Numbered from the stretch's first letter, positions 38,641 through 47,536 are shown. The stretch: 64,000 bases of DNA from Candidatus Thorarchaeota archaeon (GCA_048882045.1 JBHLRZ010000019.1:1-64000); one strand, 5' to 3'. Notes: generated from the letters alone by a model not told the origin. Numbers and translations are program-made.

Positions 38641-39183
38641 ATGCGTGTACTTGAATCTATTCAGAGAAGGTCCTCTCTGCGAAATCTCATTCTTATGATA
38701 ATCTCGAGCTTCGTCATTGTGATGGTCATGGCTATGTTGACTCAAATTTTGGTCTATGATGTCTATGCTGATGTCACAATGCCTGACACACGATTTTCAT
38801 ATTCGATTAATGAAATTACGGATGTGTTTGACACATTAGGTCAGGAAGGCTTATTCGCATGGACTCAAGCACATATGCTTGATTTTCTGTTTCCACTTAC
38901 CTATATGTTTGCACTCGCATTTGGAATAAATCTGGAACTCAGAAACTCATATCCTGACGATACCAGAGCGAAGTTCTTGGTACTCTTTCCGTTGTTCGGA
39001 GGAATCATGGACTATGTCGAGAACATTTTGGTGCTGACACAGATTGCCTCATACCCACTACTTTCTGAATCCGTAATTATCATTGCCAGTACTATCACAT
39101 CTTTGAAGTGGATTCTTTTAGGAGCTGGCTTTGTTATTGTCTTTGCACTGATTCCAATAATGCTCTACAGAAAGAAGAAGTAA
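38641..39183 (+). CDS. 4-TM membrane protein, unknown function
   Basis: MPDTRFSYS...LDFLFPLTY...DYVEN...LKW pattern typical of a widespread uncharacterised membrane family. Confidence 0.75.
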   Translation: MRVLESIQRRSSLRNLILMIISSFVIVMVMAMLTQILVYDVYADVTMPDTRFSYSINEITDVFDTLGQEGLFAWTQAHMLDFLFPLTYMFALAFGINLELRNSYPDDTRAKFLVLFPLFGGIMDYVENILVLTQIASYPLLSESVIIIASTITSLKWILLGAGFVIVFALIPIMLYRKKK

Positions 39184-39259
39184 TGGAGCCCCGGGCGGGA
39201 TTCGAACCCGCGACCACCAGCTTACGAAGCTGACGCTATAACCTCTAAGCCACCGAGGC
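39184..39259 (-). tRNA. tRNA-Thr(CGT), intronless, CCA encoded
   Basis: GCCTCGG...TCAGC TT CGT AA GCTGG...GGTTCGAATCC...CCGGGGCTCCA. Confidence 0.95.
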
Positions 39260-39338
39260 TTGGCTAAGCGCTCACCTCTAGAATTCTCTAATAAAACTTT
39301 ATCATGGAACCAGTTGCTAGAACAGTGGAGGTCTCACA

Positions 39339-40331
39339 TTGAAGACTGGAGAGATGGGTGAACGCGATTTTCTTGCAAAGATCAGTAGTTTTGTCGATAC
39401 ACCAGAAGGTGCTATACTGGGATTTGATGATGATGCCTCAGACGTCCCTGTTTCAGACATTAACAATCTGGTAATCAATGTTGACACGTTTGTACGAAAG
39501 ACCGACTGGCTACCTGGAATGACACCAGCTCAGGTCGGTCGAAAGACAGCCGTCATGGCACTGAGTGATCTTGCAGCAAAAGGAGTAAAGCCCATAGCAA
39601 TTATGCTCTCGCTCTGTGTACCTGAGGACTACGATGTTGAGGATGCAAGTGAGCTGGTTCGAGGATTCGCACACTACAGTCTCAAGTCTGGCATTCCTTA
39701 CCTAGGAGGAGATGTAGGGATGTGTGACGATGTAGTCCTCACAGGAGTTGCTTTCGGTTTGGCACCATCCACTGATATAGTGCCTCGAAGTGGCGCAAAG
39801 AATGGAGACGTAGTTGCTGTAACAGGATTATTTGGTCTGACTTCTGTTGCATTCGAAATACTGATTCGAGGAAAACAAGATGAGTCCGATTTACATTCAG
39901 ATGCACTGGCTGCTGTGTATCGACCTAAAATCGAGAGTGATTTTGTTTCATTATTGAATGAAATTGGAGCTGCCACCTCCTGTATGGATAGCAGTGATGG
40001 TTTGGGGATAACATTACATACTCTGGCTAAGATGAGCAATTGTGGGATTGTTGTGCATGATCTGCCAATTGCTCCTGGAGTCGAAGATTTCTGTAAACAC
40101 AACAACCTAGACATAACGAAGACTGTGATGCAAGGAGGCGAGGAATTTCTTCTTGTACTTACTATCCCTTCTGAGAAATTTGATGATGCTCTCCATCTTG
40201 CAAAGGAGAAGAAAGTGTTTCTGAAGAGAATTGGTACAGTCACTCTCGAAAAACAAGTAGTTCTTGAATCCGAAGATGGTCCGATATCCATTCCATTTAG
40301 AGGATACGACAATTTCAAGGAATGGGAGTAG
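39339..40331 (+). CDS. thiL: Thiamine-monophosphate kinase
   Basis: GFDDDA, SDLAAKG, LGGD, MDSSDGL, GGEEFLL. Confidence 0.93.
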   Translation: MKTGEMGERDFLAKISSFVDTPEGAILGFDDDASDVPVSDINNLVINVDTFVRKTDWLPGMTPAQVGRKTAVMALSDLAAKGVKPIAIMLSLCVPEDYDVEDASELVRGFAHYSLKSGIPYLGGDVGMCDDVVLTGVAFGLAPSTDIVPRSGAKNGDVVAVTGLFGLTSVAFEILIRGKQDESDLHSDALAAVYRPKIESDFVSLLNEIGAATSCMDSSDGLGITLHTLAKMSNCGIVVHDLPIAPGVEDFCKHNNLDITKTVMQGGEEFLLVLTIPSEKFDDALHLAKEKKVFLKRIGTVTLEKQVVLESEDGPISIPFRGYDNFKEWE

Positions 40332-40345
40332 ACAGGTGAACTAGT

Positions 40346-42064
40346 ATGCAGGTTGGTCGAGTCGCTCTTATCGACGGGTATGTTGACGAACCAACCTGTC
40401 TTGGTGTTCCTCCCTATGTGAGTATCTATCCTCGTTATGTTGCTGGGGCCATATGGACCAAATCCCCGAAGACTGACATACTATACACTACGATTGACCA
40501 AGTTCGAGAGAGCTTTCAGGATGCACAAGATCTCTGGTCCAAGACTGACCTGATTATCCTTATTGCAGGAATGATTGTACCCGGCAAATATGTTGGTGGC
40601 ACTCCTATCTCAGTCAGAGAAGCCAAAACTCTCTTCTCACCTCCAGAACTGACGGATATCCCGAAAGTGCTAGTCGGACCATGGGCAAGATTTGGTTGCG
40701 GACTCGAAGGAGGAAAGCTTGCCCTGAGCTCAGATGTCTTATCTCCTCCCTTTGACTATATAGTACGAGGAGACCCTGAACTTGTGATTTCAGAGGGTTT
40801 GGAAAGCAACTTTGATTCTGTGGACCTTGGCTTGACTCGTGAAAGTGCAAGTGAGATTGAGGGATTTGTCAAGATTGGTGTTTCAATCATCTCCCAGCAT
40901 CCAGGATTCTTGAGTGGTCATATAATCTGTGAAATTGAATCCTATCGTGGATGTCCCAGATTTCTGACCGGAGGTTGTTCTTTCTGCGTGGAACCATTAT
41001 ATGGTCCACCACAGCAACGAGATGCAACTGCAATCGCAGAGGAGATTCAGGCACTCTATAATCTGGGGATTCGGGCATTTCGTATCGGTCATCAAGCCGA
41101 CCTCTTTACATACGGATCTAAAGAAATGAGTGAAGTGGAGTTCCCAACACCTAGTCCGTCTTCTATTGAAGACCTATTCTCAAAAATCCGAAAGGGGGCT
41201 CCTGACCTTAATGTTCTTCATATCGATAATGTCAATCCTGGAACAATTGCTCGACATCCAAAGGAATCAATGGAAGTTGCTAGAACAATCATGAAGTATC
41301 ATACTCCTGGCGATGTTGCAGCGTTTGGTGTTGAGTCTACTGACCCAGAGGTAATCCGAAAAAACAACCTGAAAGCAGACATGGAAGAGGTCGTAGAAGC
41401 CGTAAGAATCCTGAATGAAGTAGGTAGGATTCGCGAGCCTTGGGGACTACCTCATCTGCTCCCTGGAATCAATCTTCTCTACGGGCTACCCGGGGAGTCC
41501 AAGAAGACACTGGAATACAACATGGAATTTCTGAAGTTCATTCTCCAAGAAAGTCTGCTTGTCAGAAGAATCAATGTCCGTCAGGTGATTGGTCTGCCTG
41601 GAACTGGCTTCAAACAGGATGAGAAACAGAAAATCAAGAGGAACCAGTTCTTCAAACATAGACAACAAATTCGCGAGAATATTGATGTCGAGATGATAAA
41701 GAGAGTCGCGCCTTATGGGACTGTCATTAGATCTGTATTCGTTGATGGAATGGCTGGTAACAGTTACCTGCTAAGACCCCTAGGAACCTACCCTCTTCTT
41801 TGTCATATGCCCCTAGGCACCCGTGATGGTGAACCAAAAGATGTCTTTGTTGTTGATCATGGTCCGAGATCACTCACAGTCCTTCCCTATCCTTTCAATG
41901 TCCGCAAGGCTTCCTTGGCTCAATGGAAGAAAGTACCCGGAATCGGAGCCAAACGTGCTGCTAGGACAAAGACGAATGACTCTATCATAAATGTAGACCA
42001 GCTCCAATCTGTATTGGATGTAGAACTGCCTAGCTGGTTCTCCCGCACACTGAACTTTGATTGA
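40346..42064 (+). CDS. Archaeal radical SAM protein with C-terminal helix-hairpin-helix (COG1031-like)
   Basis: IDGYVDEPTCLGVPPY, Cx7CxxC (GCPRFLTGGCSFC), LHIDNVNP, VPGIGAKRA. Confidence 0.85.
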   Translation: MQVGRVALIDGYVDEPTCLGVPPYVSIYPRYVAGAIWTKSPKTDILYTTIDQVRESFQDAQDLWSKTDLIILIAGMIVPGKYVGGTPISVREAKTLFSPPELTDIPKVLVGPWARFGCGLEGGKLALSSDVLSPPFDYIVRGDPELVISEGLESNFDSVDLGLTRESASEIEGFVKIGVSIISQHPGFLSGHIICEIESYRGCPRFLTGGCSFCVEPLYGPPQQRDATAIAEEIQALYNLGIRAFRIGHQADLFTYGSKEMSEVEFPTPSPSSIEDLFSKIRKGAPDLNVLHIDNVNPGTIARHPKESMEVARTIMKYHTPGDVAAFGVESTDPEVIRKNNLKADMEEVVEAVRILNEVGRIREPWGLPHLLPGINLLYGLPGESKKTLEYNMEFLKFILQESLLVRRINVRQVIGLPGTGFKQDEKQKIKRNQFFKHRQQIRENIDVEMIKRVAPYGTVIRSVFVDGMAGNSYLLRPLGTYPLLCHMPLGTRDGEPKDVFVVDHGPRSLTVLPYPFNVRKASLAQWKKVPGIGAKRAARTKTNDSIINVDQLQSVLDVELPSWFSRTLNFD

Positions 42065-42076
42065 CCACAGAATGAA

Positions 42077-42185
42077 TGGCGGGCCCGGTGAGATTTGAAC
42101 TCACGAACTCCAACTTAGAAGGCTGGCGCCCTATATTCCCACACAACGCATCACTGCGTAAGGTACCGGGCTAGGCAACGGGCCC
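42077..42185 (-). tRNA. tRNA-Arg(TCT) with ~31-nt D-loop intron (about 42135-42165, position 19/20)
   Basis: Removing TACCTTACGCAGTGATGCGTTGTGTGGGAAT gives GGGCCCGTTGCCTAGCCCGGATAGGGCG CCAGC CT TCT AA GTTGG...CGGGCCCGCCA; BHB-like junction. Confidence 0.9.
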
Positions 42186-42365
42186 TGCACCCAGCGTCAA
42201 TGCTCTGAGGACATAAAGCTTTCCGATTAGACGAGAAAAATGGTTGCCCGAGATTCAGAAGAGAATCCCGGGCTAGTGGGTGTGTGTGAAACCAGTCCAG
42301 AGTATGTACTGGGTGCGAATCATAAAGGAGTCAAAATCTTGCATTCCCCTAGTCATTTCAATTAC

Positions 42366-42617
42366 CTAGCTCATAACAAAGGCTGGTGGGTAAATCACAA
42401 AGTACTGCACTACCACAGCAAGGAGTATACCACTTAGGACCAACCCCTTTCCTCTCCCCGCGTTCACATCTGTGAACCAGAGTATAGCACCTACTAGAAC
42501 GACTGTTACTGCTGAGATATTCCCAATGAAGATTAGGAACTCCCAAATCTCAGCAAAGTACGCGGCAATCATGGCCACAAAGTCGGACAGTGGGCTAAGT
42601 ATGTGGTTCAGTGACAT
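42366..42617 (-). CDS. Small membrane protein (2-3 TM)
   Basis: 83 aa; hydrophobic helices separated by NAGRGK; TATA-like TTTATA upstream. Confidence 0.65.
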   Translation of the reverse strand: MSLNHILSPLSDFVAMIAAYFAEIWEFLIFIGNISAVTVVLVGAILWFTDVNAGRGKGLVLSGILLAVVVQYFVIYPPAFVMS

Positions 42618-42682
42618 TGTTTTACCTATTGTTTCATCCCTACTGAGGCATATAAACTCCGAAAAAAGCGCGAATGAGTTTG

Positions 42683-43138
42683 TTAGATGATGTATGCGAT
42701 AGATTTCGGAGTTATTCCAAGGAGTCTGTAGTATATTGTAATCTGTCCACGATGATGGATACTATGTTCTATCATCTCTAGGAGTAGCTCTCCTATTGTT
42801 GCTGGACGATTAAAGGACTTAATGATACGAGAGTGGTCCAAAGATGGAATAACATTCAGGTACACTCTCACTTTGGCGAATACATCCTTGGCTAGGTCGA
42901 TAATAGACTCAGCCGAGTCGTATTTCTCCATTGTGTAGGGAAGCGATTCCCATTGGTCCTTCACTATGCCTTGCATATAGTATTCCAATGATCTTATGAG
43001 ATGAAGGACAACCTCTCCAATCGCTCTAACATCTGGAGTTGGCTGACTCATTATATCCATTTCAGTGAGTTGTTCAATCAGAGGAAGCGTTTCATCAAGA
43101 TGGCGCTCCACTGAATCTTTGAGAAAACCAAACAACAT
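42683..43138 (-). CDS. DinB family protein
   Basis: IGEVVLHL...EHSIHHRGQITIYYRLLG. Confidence 0.88.
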   Translation of the reverse strand: MLFGFLKDSVERHLDETLPLIEQLTEMDIMSQPTPDVRAIGEVVLHLIRSLEYYMQGIVKDQWESLPYTMEKYDSAESIIDLAKDVFAKVRVYLNVIPSLDHSRIIKSFNRPATIGELLLEMIEHSIHHRGQITIYYRLLGITPKSIAYII

Positions 43139-43140
43139 GA

Positions 43141-43932
43141 TCATACACCTCTTAATCCATCACAAAAGGCCAACACATTCTTTCCAAGATCTTCAAAGTT
43201 GTATCCTCCCTCAAGAAGTCCGTATCGTCGCCCCTCACACCGTTCCTCAGCAAACTCTTTCATCATCCTCCCAATCTTGCGAAATGCATTGGTTGAAAGA
43301 TTTCCTCCCCAGTCTTCCTCATATTGATCAAAGCCAGCTGAAGCTACTATGATGTCCACATCAGGAGCATCATCTAGAGATTGCTTTGTGTCCTTCAGAT
43401 ACTGTTCATCCCCATTTCCATGTGGATTATAGATAGTGAACTTTTGATCATCTCCTAGGATGTTTATGTTTCCATCTCCAGTGTGCAGGTCAAAATCTAG
43501 GATAAATGCTGACTTGATGAGTCCCTTGGCTCGAAGATGGAGTAATGATATCGCAATGTTGTTGTAGTAACAGAATCCCCAGTACGAATCATATGAGGCG
43601 TGATGACCAGGAGGTCTGATTAAGGCAAATGCTGGTTCCCCTTGGACTGCAATCTCCGCAGCTTGAATGGACCCTCCTGCAGCTAAGGATGCTATCTTGT
43701 GGATGAGACCTGGTCCTCTCGAGTCATAGTCTTGTTTCACTGACTCAAGTGTCCGTATTCCATGAGCCCGCAGAATCTCTTCTTCTGTAGCAGGTCTTGC
43801 TTCAACAAACTCGTAGTCCGGATGATTCTCCAGAATCTCTATTGCTGTGTCGAGCCTACTAGGTGCTCCTGCAGGAGTTCGATCATAGGTTTCCTTCATC
43901 GAGGGATGATAGACGATTTTCACATCTGACAC
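43141..43932 (-). CDS. Histone deacetylase family protein
   Basis: RPPGHHA, GFCYYNN, DFDLHTGDG, SAGFD, LEGGY. Confidence 0.93.
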   Translation of the reverse strand: MSDVKIVYHPSMKETYDRTPAGAPSRLDTAIEILENHPDYEFVEARPATEEEILRAHGIRTLESVKQDYDSRGPGLIHKIASLAAGGSIQAAEIAVQGEPAFALIRPPGHHASYDSYWGFCYYNNIAISLLHLRAKGLIKSAFILDFDLHTGDGNINILGDDQKFTIYNPHGNGDEQYLKDTKQSLDDAPDVDIIVASAGFDQYEEDWGGNLSTNAFRKIGRMMKEFAEERCEGRRYGLLEGGYNFEDLGKNVLAFCDGLRGV

Positions 43933-43982
43933 TAAGTCAGAAGCAGGATTTGTGTTTGTGGGTCTAGAAAAAGGATTTAGCG

Positions 43983-44010
43983 GGCAGACAGGCTCGCGAC
44001 CTATCCGCCC
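43983..44010 (-). terminator. GC-rich hairpin at 3' end of the L11-L1-L10-L12 operon
   Basis: Minus-strand GGGCGGAUAGG/CCUGUCUGCCC 11-bp stem with G-U pairs, followed shortly by a T-run. Confidence 0.5.
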
Positions 44011-44052
44011 TCTGATTTAGAGGAAAGGCTTCGAGGAGACTGGATGTCCCAT

Positions 44053-44361
44053 CTAACCAAAGAGGCTTCCGAGTCCAGCAGTGAACTCCTCTTCCTTCTC
44101 TTCTTCCTCTTTCTTTTCTTCTTCCTTCTTTTCCTCAGCGGGAGCTGCACTGCCAGCTGCTGCTGGAGCAGCTGCTACAGGCATTGCTGCGGCGCTCTTG
44201 AGGGCCTCATCAATGTCTACATCTTTGAGAGCTGCAAGCAGAGCCTTGACTCTACCTTTGTCAGGCTCTACACCAGCTGCGGTAAGAGTTGCTTCCATAG
44301 CCTTGGCTGTGAGTTTCTGACCCGCCTTGTGGAGCAGAAGTGCTGCGTATACGTACTCCAT
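44053..44361 (-). CDS. rpl12: Ribosomal stalk protein P1/L12
   Basis: [11 protein letters not shown]...AGLGSLFG. Confidence 0.97.
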   Translation of the reverse strand: MEYVYAALLLHKAGQKLTAKAMEATLTAAGVEPDKGRVKALLAALKDVDIDEALKSAAAMPVAAAPAAAGSAAPAEEKKEEEKKEEEEKEEEFTAGLGSLFG

Positions 44362-44382
44362 TTTTGTTACCTCTTGTATTTC

Positions 44383-45408
44383 TTAACCGAACAGACCTCC
44401 AAGGCCTGCTACAGCTTCATCTTCGTCTTCTTCCTCTGGTTCATCAGGTTCTTGCTGCTCAGCCGCGTCTGTGGCGGGTGCAGCCGCTGTTGATGCTGCC
44501 GCAGCAGCTGTTTGAACCTGTCCAACAAGCTCGGAAGGCAGTGCCTCGGGATCCTTGGCAGCGACCGCTGCAATGAGTGCAGAAGCCTCTGAACCGGCTT
44601 TACCCAAGTACCTATCAATCAAGTCTGGTACGAAGAATCCTACTTCCAGGGCCAGACTCTTTGCCTGCATGTTGGCTTTTGCTATTATGAGTGGAATAGT
44701 TTCTGCTGTTGGAATTCCAGCATTCACTGAGAGATTGATTGCATACTGATGACCTGCAATGATCTGGCTGAATAGTGATTCAAGGTCGATTTCAAATGAA
44801 TCAGCAGTAAGAACTTCTCCACCACTGTAAGCAGCAATCAGCTTGAGCTGGAGTTCCATTGGCTCAATTCCCAATCTGGACAGCATGAGGGCCATTGCAT
44901 TTGAGATGACCTCTCCTGCTTCGACTGCTACTGTATCAGCTGTGATGTGGATTACACCACCTTTGACACGGGAAGGAATCTTGAGACCGGCCAACTCGCT
45001 TATGAAGGGTCCAGGTGCTACTCCTGTGTTCATCTCTGGAACAATGATGTCGTTTGGTGCAATCTGACCACCCTTTGCAGGAGCCGCAGTCTTGTTTTCG
45101 CTAAGGAACTTGCTCAATGTGAATGGATCTTGGTCGCTGAAAACGAATGAGACTGGTCCCCTGACATAATCGATTAGGTCCTTGATTCCTTTCTTGTTTG
45201 ATTTTTCAATTGCTCTAATCATCAGAGTGTTACGTGCCATTTTGATGACAGCTGACCCTCTTAGACTGTCGCGAATTCCTTGGAGTTGCTTTGCTCCAAC
45301 GCCTTCTACACTTACTAGACCAATCATGTCACTCTCATTGATCGTCTTAGCAAGATCATCGACAGCATCCTGTTTCCATTGTGGAATTGTCTTCTCATAT
45401 ACAGACAT
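44383..45408 (-). CDS. rpl10: Ribosomal protein uL10/P0
   Basis: IPQWK, ARNTL, APAKGG, C-terminal GLGGLFG. Confidence 0.96.
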   Translation of the reverse strand: MSVYEKTIPQWKQDAVDDLAKTINESDMIGLVSVEGVGAKQLQGIRDSLRGSAVIKMARNTLMIRAIEKSNKKGIKDLIDYVRGPVSFVFSDQDPFTLSKFLSENKTAAPAKGGQIAPNDIIVPEMNTGVAPGPFISELAGLKIPSRVKGGVIHITADTVAVEAGEVISNAMALMLSRLGIEPMELQLKLIAAYSGGEVLTADSFEIDLESLFSQIIAGHQYAINLSVNAGIPTAETIPLIIAKANMQAKSLALEVGFFVPDLIDRYLGKAGSEASALIAAVAAKDPEALPSELVGQVQTAAAAASTAAAPATDAAEQQEPDEPEEEDEDEAVAGLGGLFG

Positions 45409-45422
45409 TCAAATCACCACTC

Positions 45423-46079
45423 CTATCCAGACACATCAATCGCTGGTCCCATGGTCGTCTTGACCTTGATGTTGCTCACCCTCTCAGAGAAGCCCTTGCT
45501 CTCCACGAAGTTGAGAACTGCATTGATATTGTCTGCTATCTCTCTATCACTCATCTTGAAATGACCCACCTTCACATGGAATGTGGGGGTATTCCTCATT
45601 CTGACACGAACTGTCCGATGATACTGGTTGATTATCGCAGTCAGATCTGCCTGCGGTGGAAATGGCCTAGGCATCTTTCCTCTGGAACCCAGAGTCTGTC
45701 CCAGATATCGGCCAATCAATGGCATCGCATCAACAGCAGCGATGAAGAACTCGTAGCTCTTTGCCAGTGACTTACGGTCCTTCTTTTCCTCACCGATCTT
45801 TGGAATGTCATCCTTTGGAATGACACGTTCAGCACCAGCTGCAGTGGCATTCTCTGCAAATTCTCCATCTCCAAAGGCACATATCTTTGGGGGAGGAATC
45901 AATGCATTGGGTAGAACCAGCTCCTGATTAATTCTGTTCTCAGGTTTTGAAACATCAAGTTCTTTCTTTCTGAAGTTGACTGCTAGGTCGAAACTCTGTT
46001 CGAACTTGATCTTCCTCTTTTTGCCCTCAGCTCTAGCCTCAGCTACTGCGGACTCAATTGCTTCGATATTATATGACAT
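45423..46079 (-). CDS. rpl1: Ribosomal protein uL1
   Basis: FEQSFDL, LGSRGKMP, KTTMGP. Confidence 0.96.
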   Translation of the reverse strand: MSYNIEAIESAVAEARAEGKKRKIKFEQSFDLAVNFRKKELDVSKPENRINQELVLPNALIPPPKICAFGDGEFAENATAAGAERVIPKDDIPKIGEEKKDRKSLAKSYEFFIAAVDAMPLIGRYLGQTLGSRGKMPRPFPPQADLTAIINQYHRTVRVRMRNTPTFHVKVGHFKMSDREIADNINAVLNFVESKGFSERVSNIKVKTTMGPAIDVSG

Positions 46080-46085
46080 CTGAAA

Positions 46086-46586
46086 TCACTCCCTGAGAGG
46101 CTCATCCAGCTGGGCATCCCATATGCCCTCTCGGACCTCTGCTTGGAACTCCTTTGCTGTCTTGCCCTCGATTTTCACGCCCATCTGACTACAGGTGCCT
46201 GAGATGATCATGGCAGCTGTTTTCATAGTAAGGGCCGAGAGGTCGTCCGCCTTTCCTTTAGCAATTGCTTTCATTTGGTCTATGGTTAGGTTGCCAACGA
46301 AAGTTGTATTCGGCTCTCCTGATCCCTTTTCAGCTCCAATCTCTTTCAGAATAAGGGCACTTGTAGGAGGTGTTCCCACTTCGACCTCGAAGCTCTTATC
46401 GTTAGGATTTACAGTAATCTTCACAGGAACTTTCAGTCCTGCGAATGCCTGTGTGACCTCGTTGATTTTCGTAACAACCTGAAAGATGTTGACACCTGTA
46501 GGACCAAGCGCAGGTCCAATTGGAGGACCGCCACTGGCTTTACCTCCGTCGACCATTGCATCGATAACTATTGGTTTCTCGCTCAA
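46086..46586 (-). CDS. rpl11: Ribosomal protein uL11
   Basis: GGKASGGPPIGPALGP; TTG start at 46586 after GGAG. Confidence 0.96.
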   Translation of the reverse strand: MSEKPIVIDAMVDGGKASGGPPIGPALGPTGVNIFQVVTKINEVTQAFAGLKVPVKITVNPNDKSFEVEVGTPPTSALILKEIGAEKGSGEPNTTFVGNLTIDQMKAIAKGKADDLSALTMKTAAMIISGTCSQMGVKIEGKTAKEFQAEVREGIWDAQLDEPLRE

Positions 46587-46594
46587 TTCTAACA

Positions 46595-46755
46595 CGACTC
46601 CTGATGCAGTATACTCAGCGCGTACGCAACGCATCTGATGAGGTCGACCAGCAGGAAAGAAGTCTTCTTACATCCAGCTTGGTCTACTGCATTCTTTGTC
46701 ACTTTTCTTCACCCCGGACACGACGTCTGTGCGTCTATGTCAGATTAAGAGGATA
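46595..46755 (-). promoter_or_regulatory. Long structured 5' leader of the rpl11 operon
   Basis: ATGCAGTA/TACTGCAT closing stem with internal hairpins; TTAAAA box near 46780. Confidence 0.45.
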
Positions 46756-46804
46756 GGCTCGCTCAGTGAGTTTTGGTTTTAAGGATTGCGACACAGCAAC
46801 TGGT

Positions 46805-47506
46805 TTAATCCTCAGGCTCGTGAGCCCAGAATGAGTCTTCTTCGTCGAACTTGTCCTCGTCTTCAAAAGGTTCTTCTTCTTCAACCGCTTCGACAGGCTC
46901 TTCCTTCTTCGCAGCTCTCTCAACAATCTTTGCGAAATCTGCATGGACTCTTACAGGAATCGTATATGGGCTGTCCAGAAGTTCAAGAATCAGTTCCTCT
47001 TTCCCTGCATCCACTCTGACTACCTTGGCACGTTCGCCCTTGAATGGTCCCGAGATGATTTCAACGACGTCACCCTCTGAGATTCCTTCAGCTGCAGGAG
47101 GAGGTGCCAAGAACTTGTCGATTTCGTTGATACTCACCTTTCCACCGACTCTACCCCGTACGTGAGGAACACCAGAGATAGCAATCTCAACATCCCTGAA
47201 TTCGGTGGTTTCAATGAAAACATAGCCTCTCAATGTTTCAGGTACTAGAATTGCCTTGACACGTCCAATAAGCTGGTTTGTGGAAATCAGCTGTGGCTCT
47301 CCCTTCTTCTTCTTTTTCTTGCAACTTTTCATGTGCTCTGAAGTTGCTTTTTCTGAGGAGAAGTCTTCTGAACAGAATGGACATCGCCACACATCTGTTT
47401 CACCAATAACAGCGGTGGTGATGAGGTCTGTGACACTTCGTTCCTGTCCAATCGTCGTACGCACTGCATAGATACTAGTACTTGTTTCCAAGGGAGAACC
47501 CTCCAA
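46805..47506 (-). CDS. spt5: Transcription elongation factor Spt5 with inserted Zn finger
   Basis: YAVRTTIGQE, LRGYVFIE NGN motifs; KOW GDVVEIISGPFKGERAKV. Confidence 0.95.
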   Translation of the reverse strand: MEGSPLETSTSIYAVRTTIGQERSVTDLITTAVIGETDVWRCPFCSEDFSSEKATSEHMKSCKKKKKKGEPQLISTNQLIGRVKAILVPETLRGYVFIETTEFRDVEIAISGVPHVRGRVGGKVSINEIDKFLAPPPAAEGISEGDVVEIISGPFKGERAKVVRVDAGKEELILELLDSPYTIPVRVHADFAKIVERAAKKEEPVEAVEEEEPFEDEDKFDEEDSFWAHEPED

Positions 47507-47536
47507 ATGTCAATGCTTCAATTTCCAATGGGTTGT

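Larger units (their letters stand above)
37624..39259. mobile_element. Mini-island bounded by tRNA-Thr and its downstream remnant (att-like direct repeat), no integrase
   Basis: tRNA-Thr / tRNA-Thr remnant direct repeats flank two membrane-protein genes. Confidence 0.55.

Noticed and set aside
39698-40318. Long antisense and alternative-frame ORFs (e.g. 39698-40318, 21325-21882, 48073-48600, 51425-51973)
   Set aside because: They overlap well-supported genes and have no motifs; treated as shadow ORFs.
42366-42617. VirB2/TrbC-like pilin identity for the 83-aa membrane protein
   Set aside because: The resemblance is only in hydropathy pattern and there are no secretion-system genes nearby.
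46630-46690. CTGATGAG...GAAA on the + strand resembling a hammerhead ribozyme core
   Set aside because: Stem II does not close next to GAAA and stems I/III cannot be formed; better explained as the antisense of the rpl11 leader.
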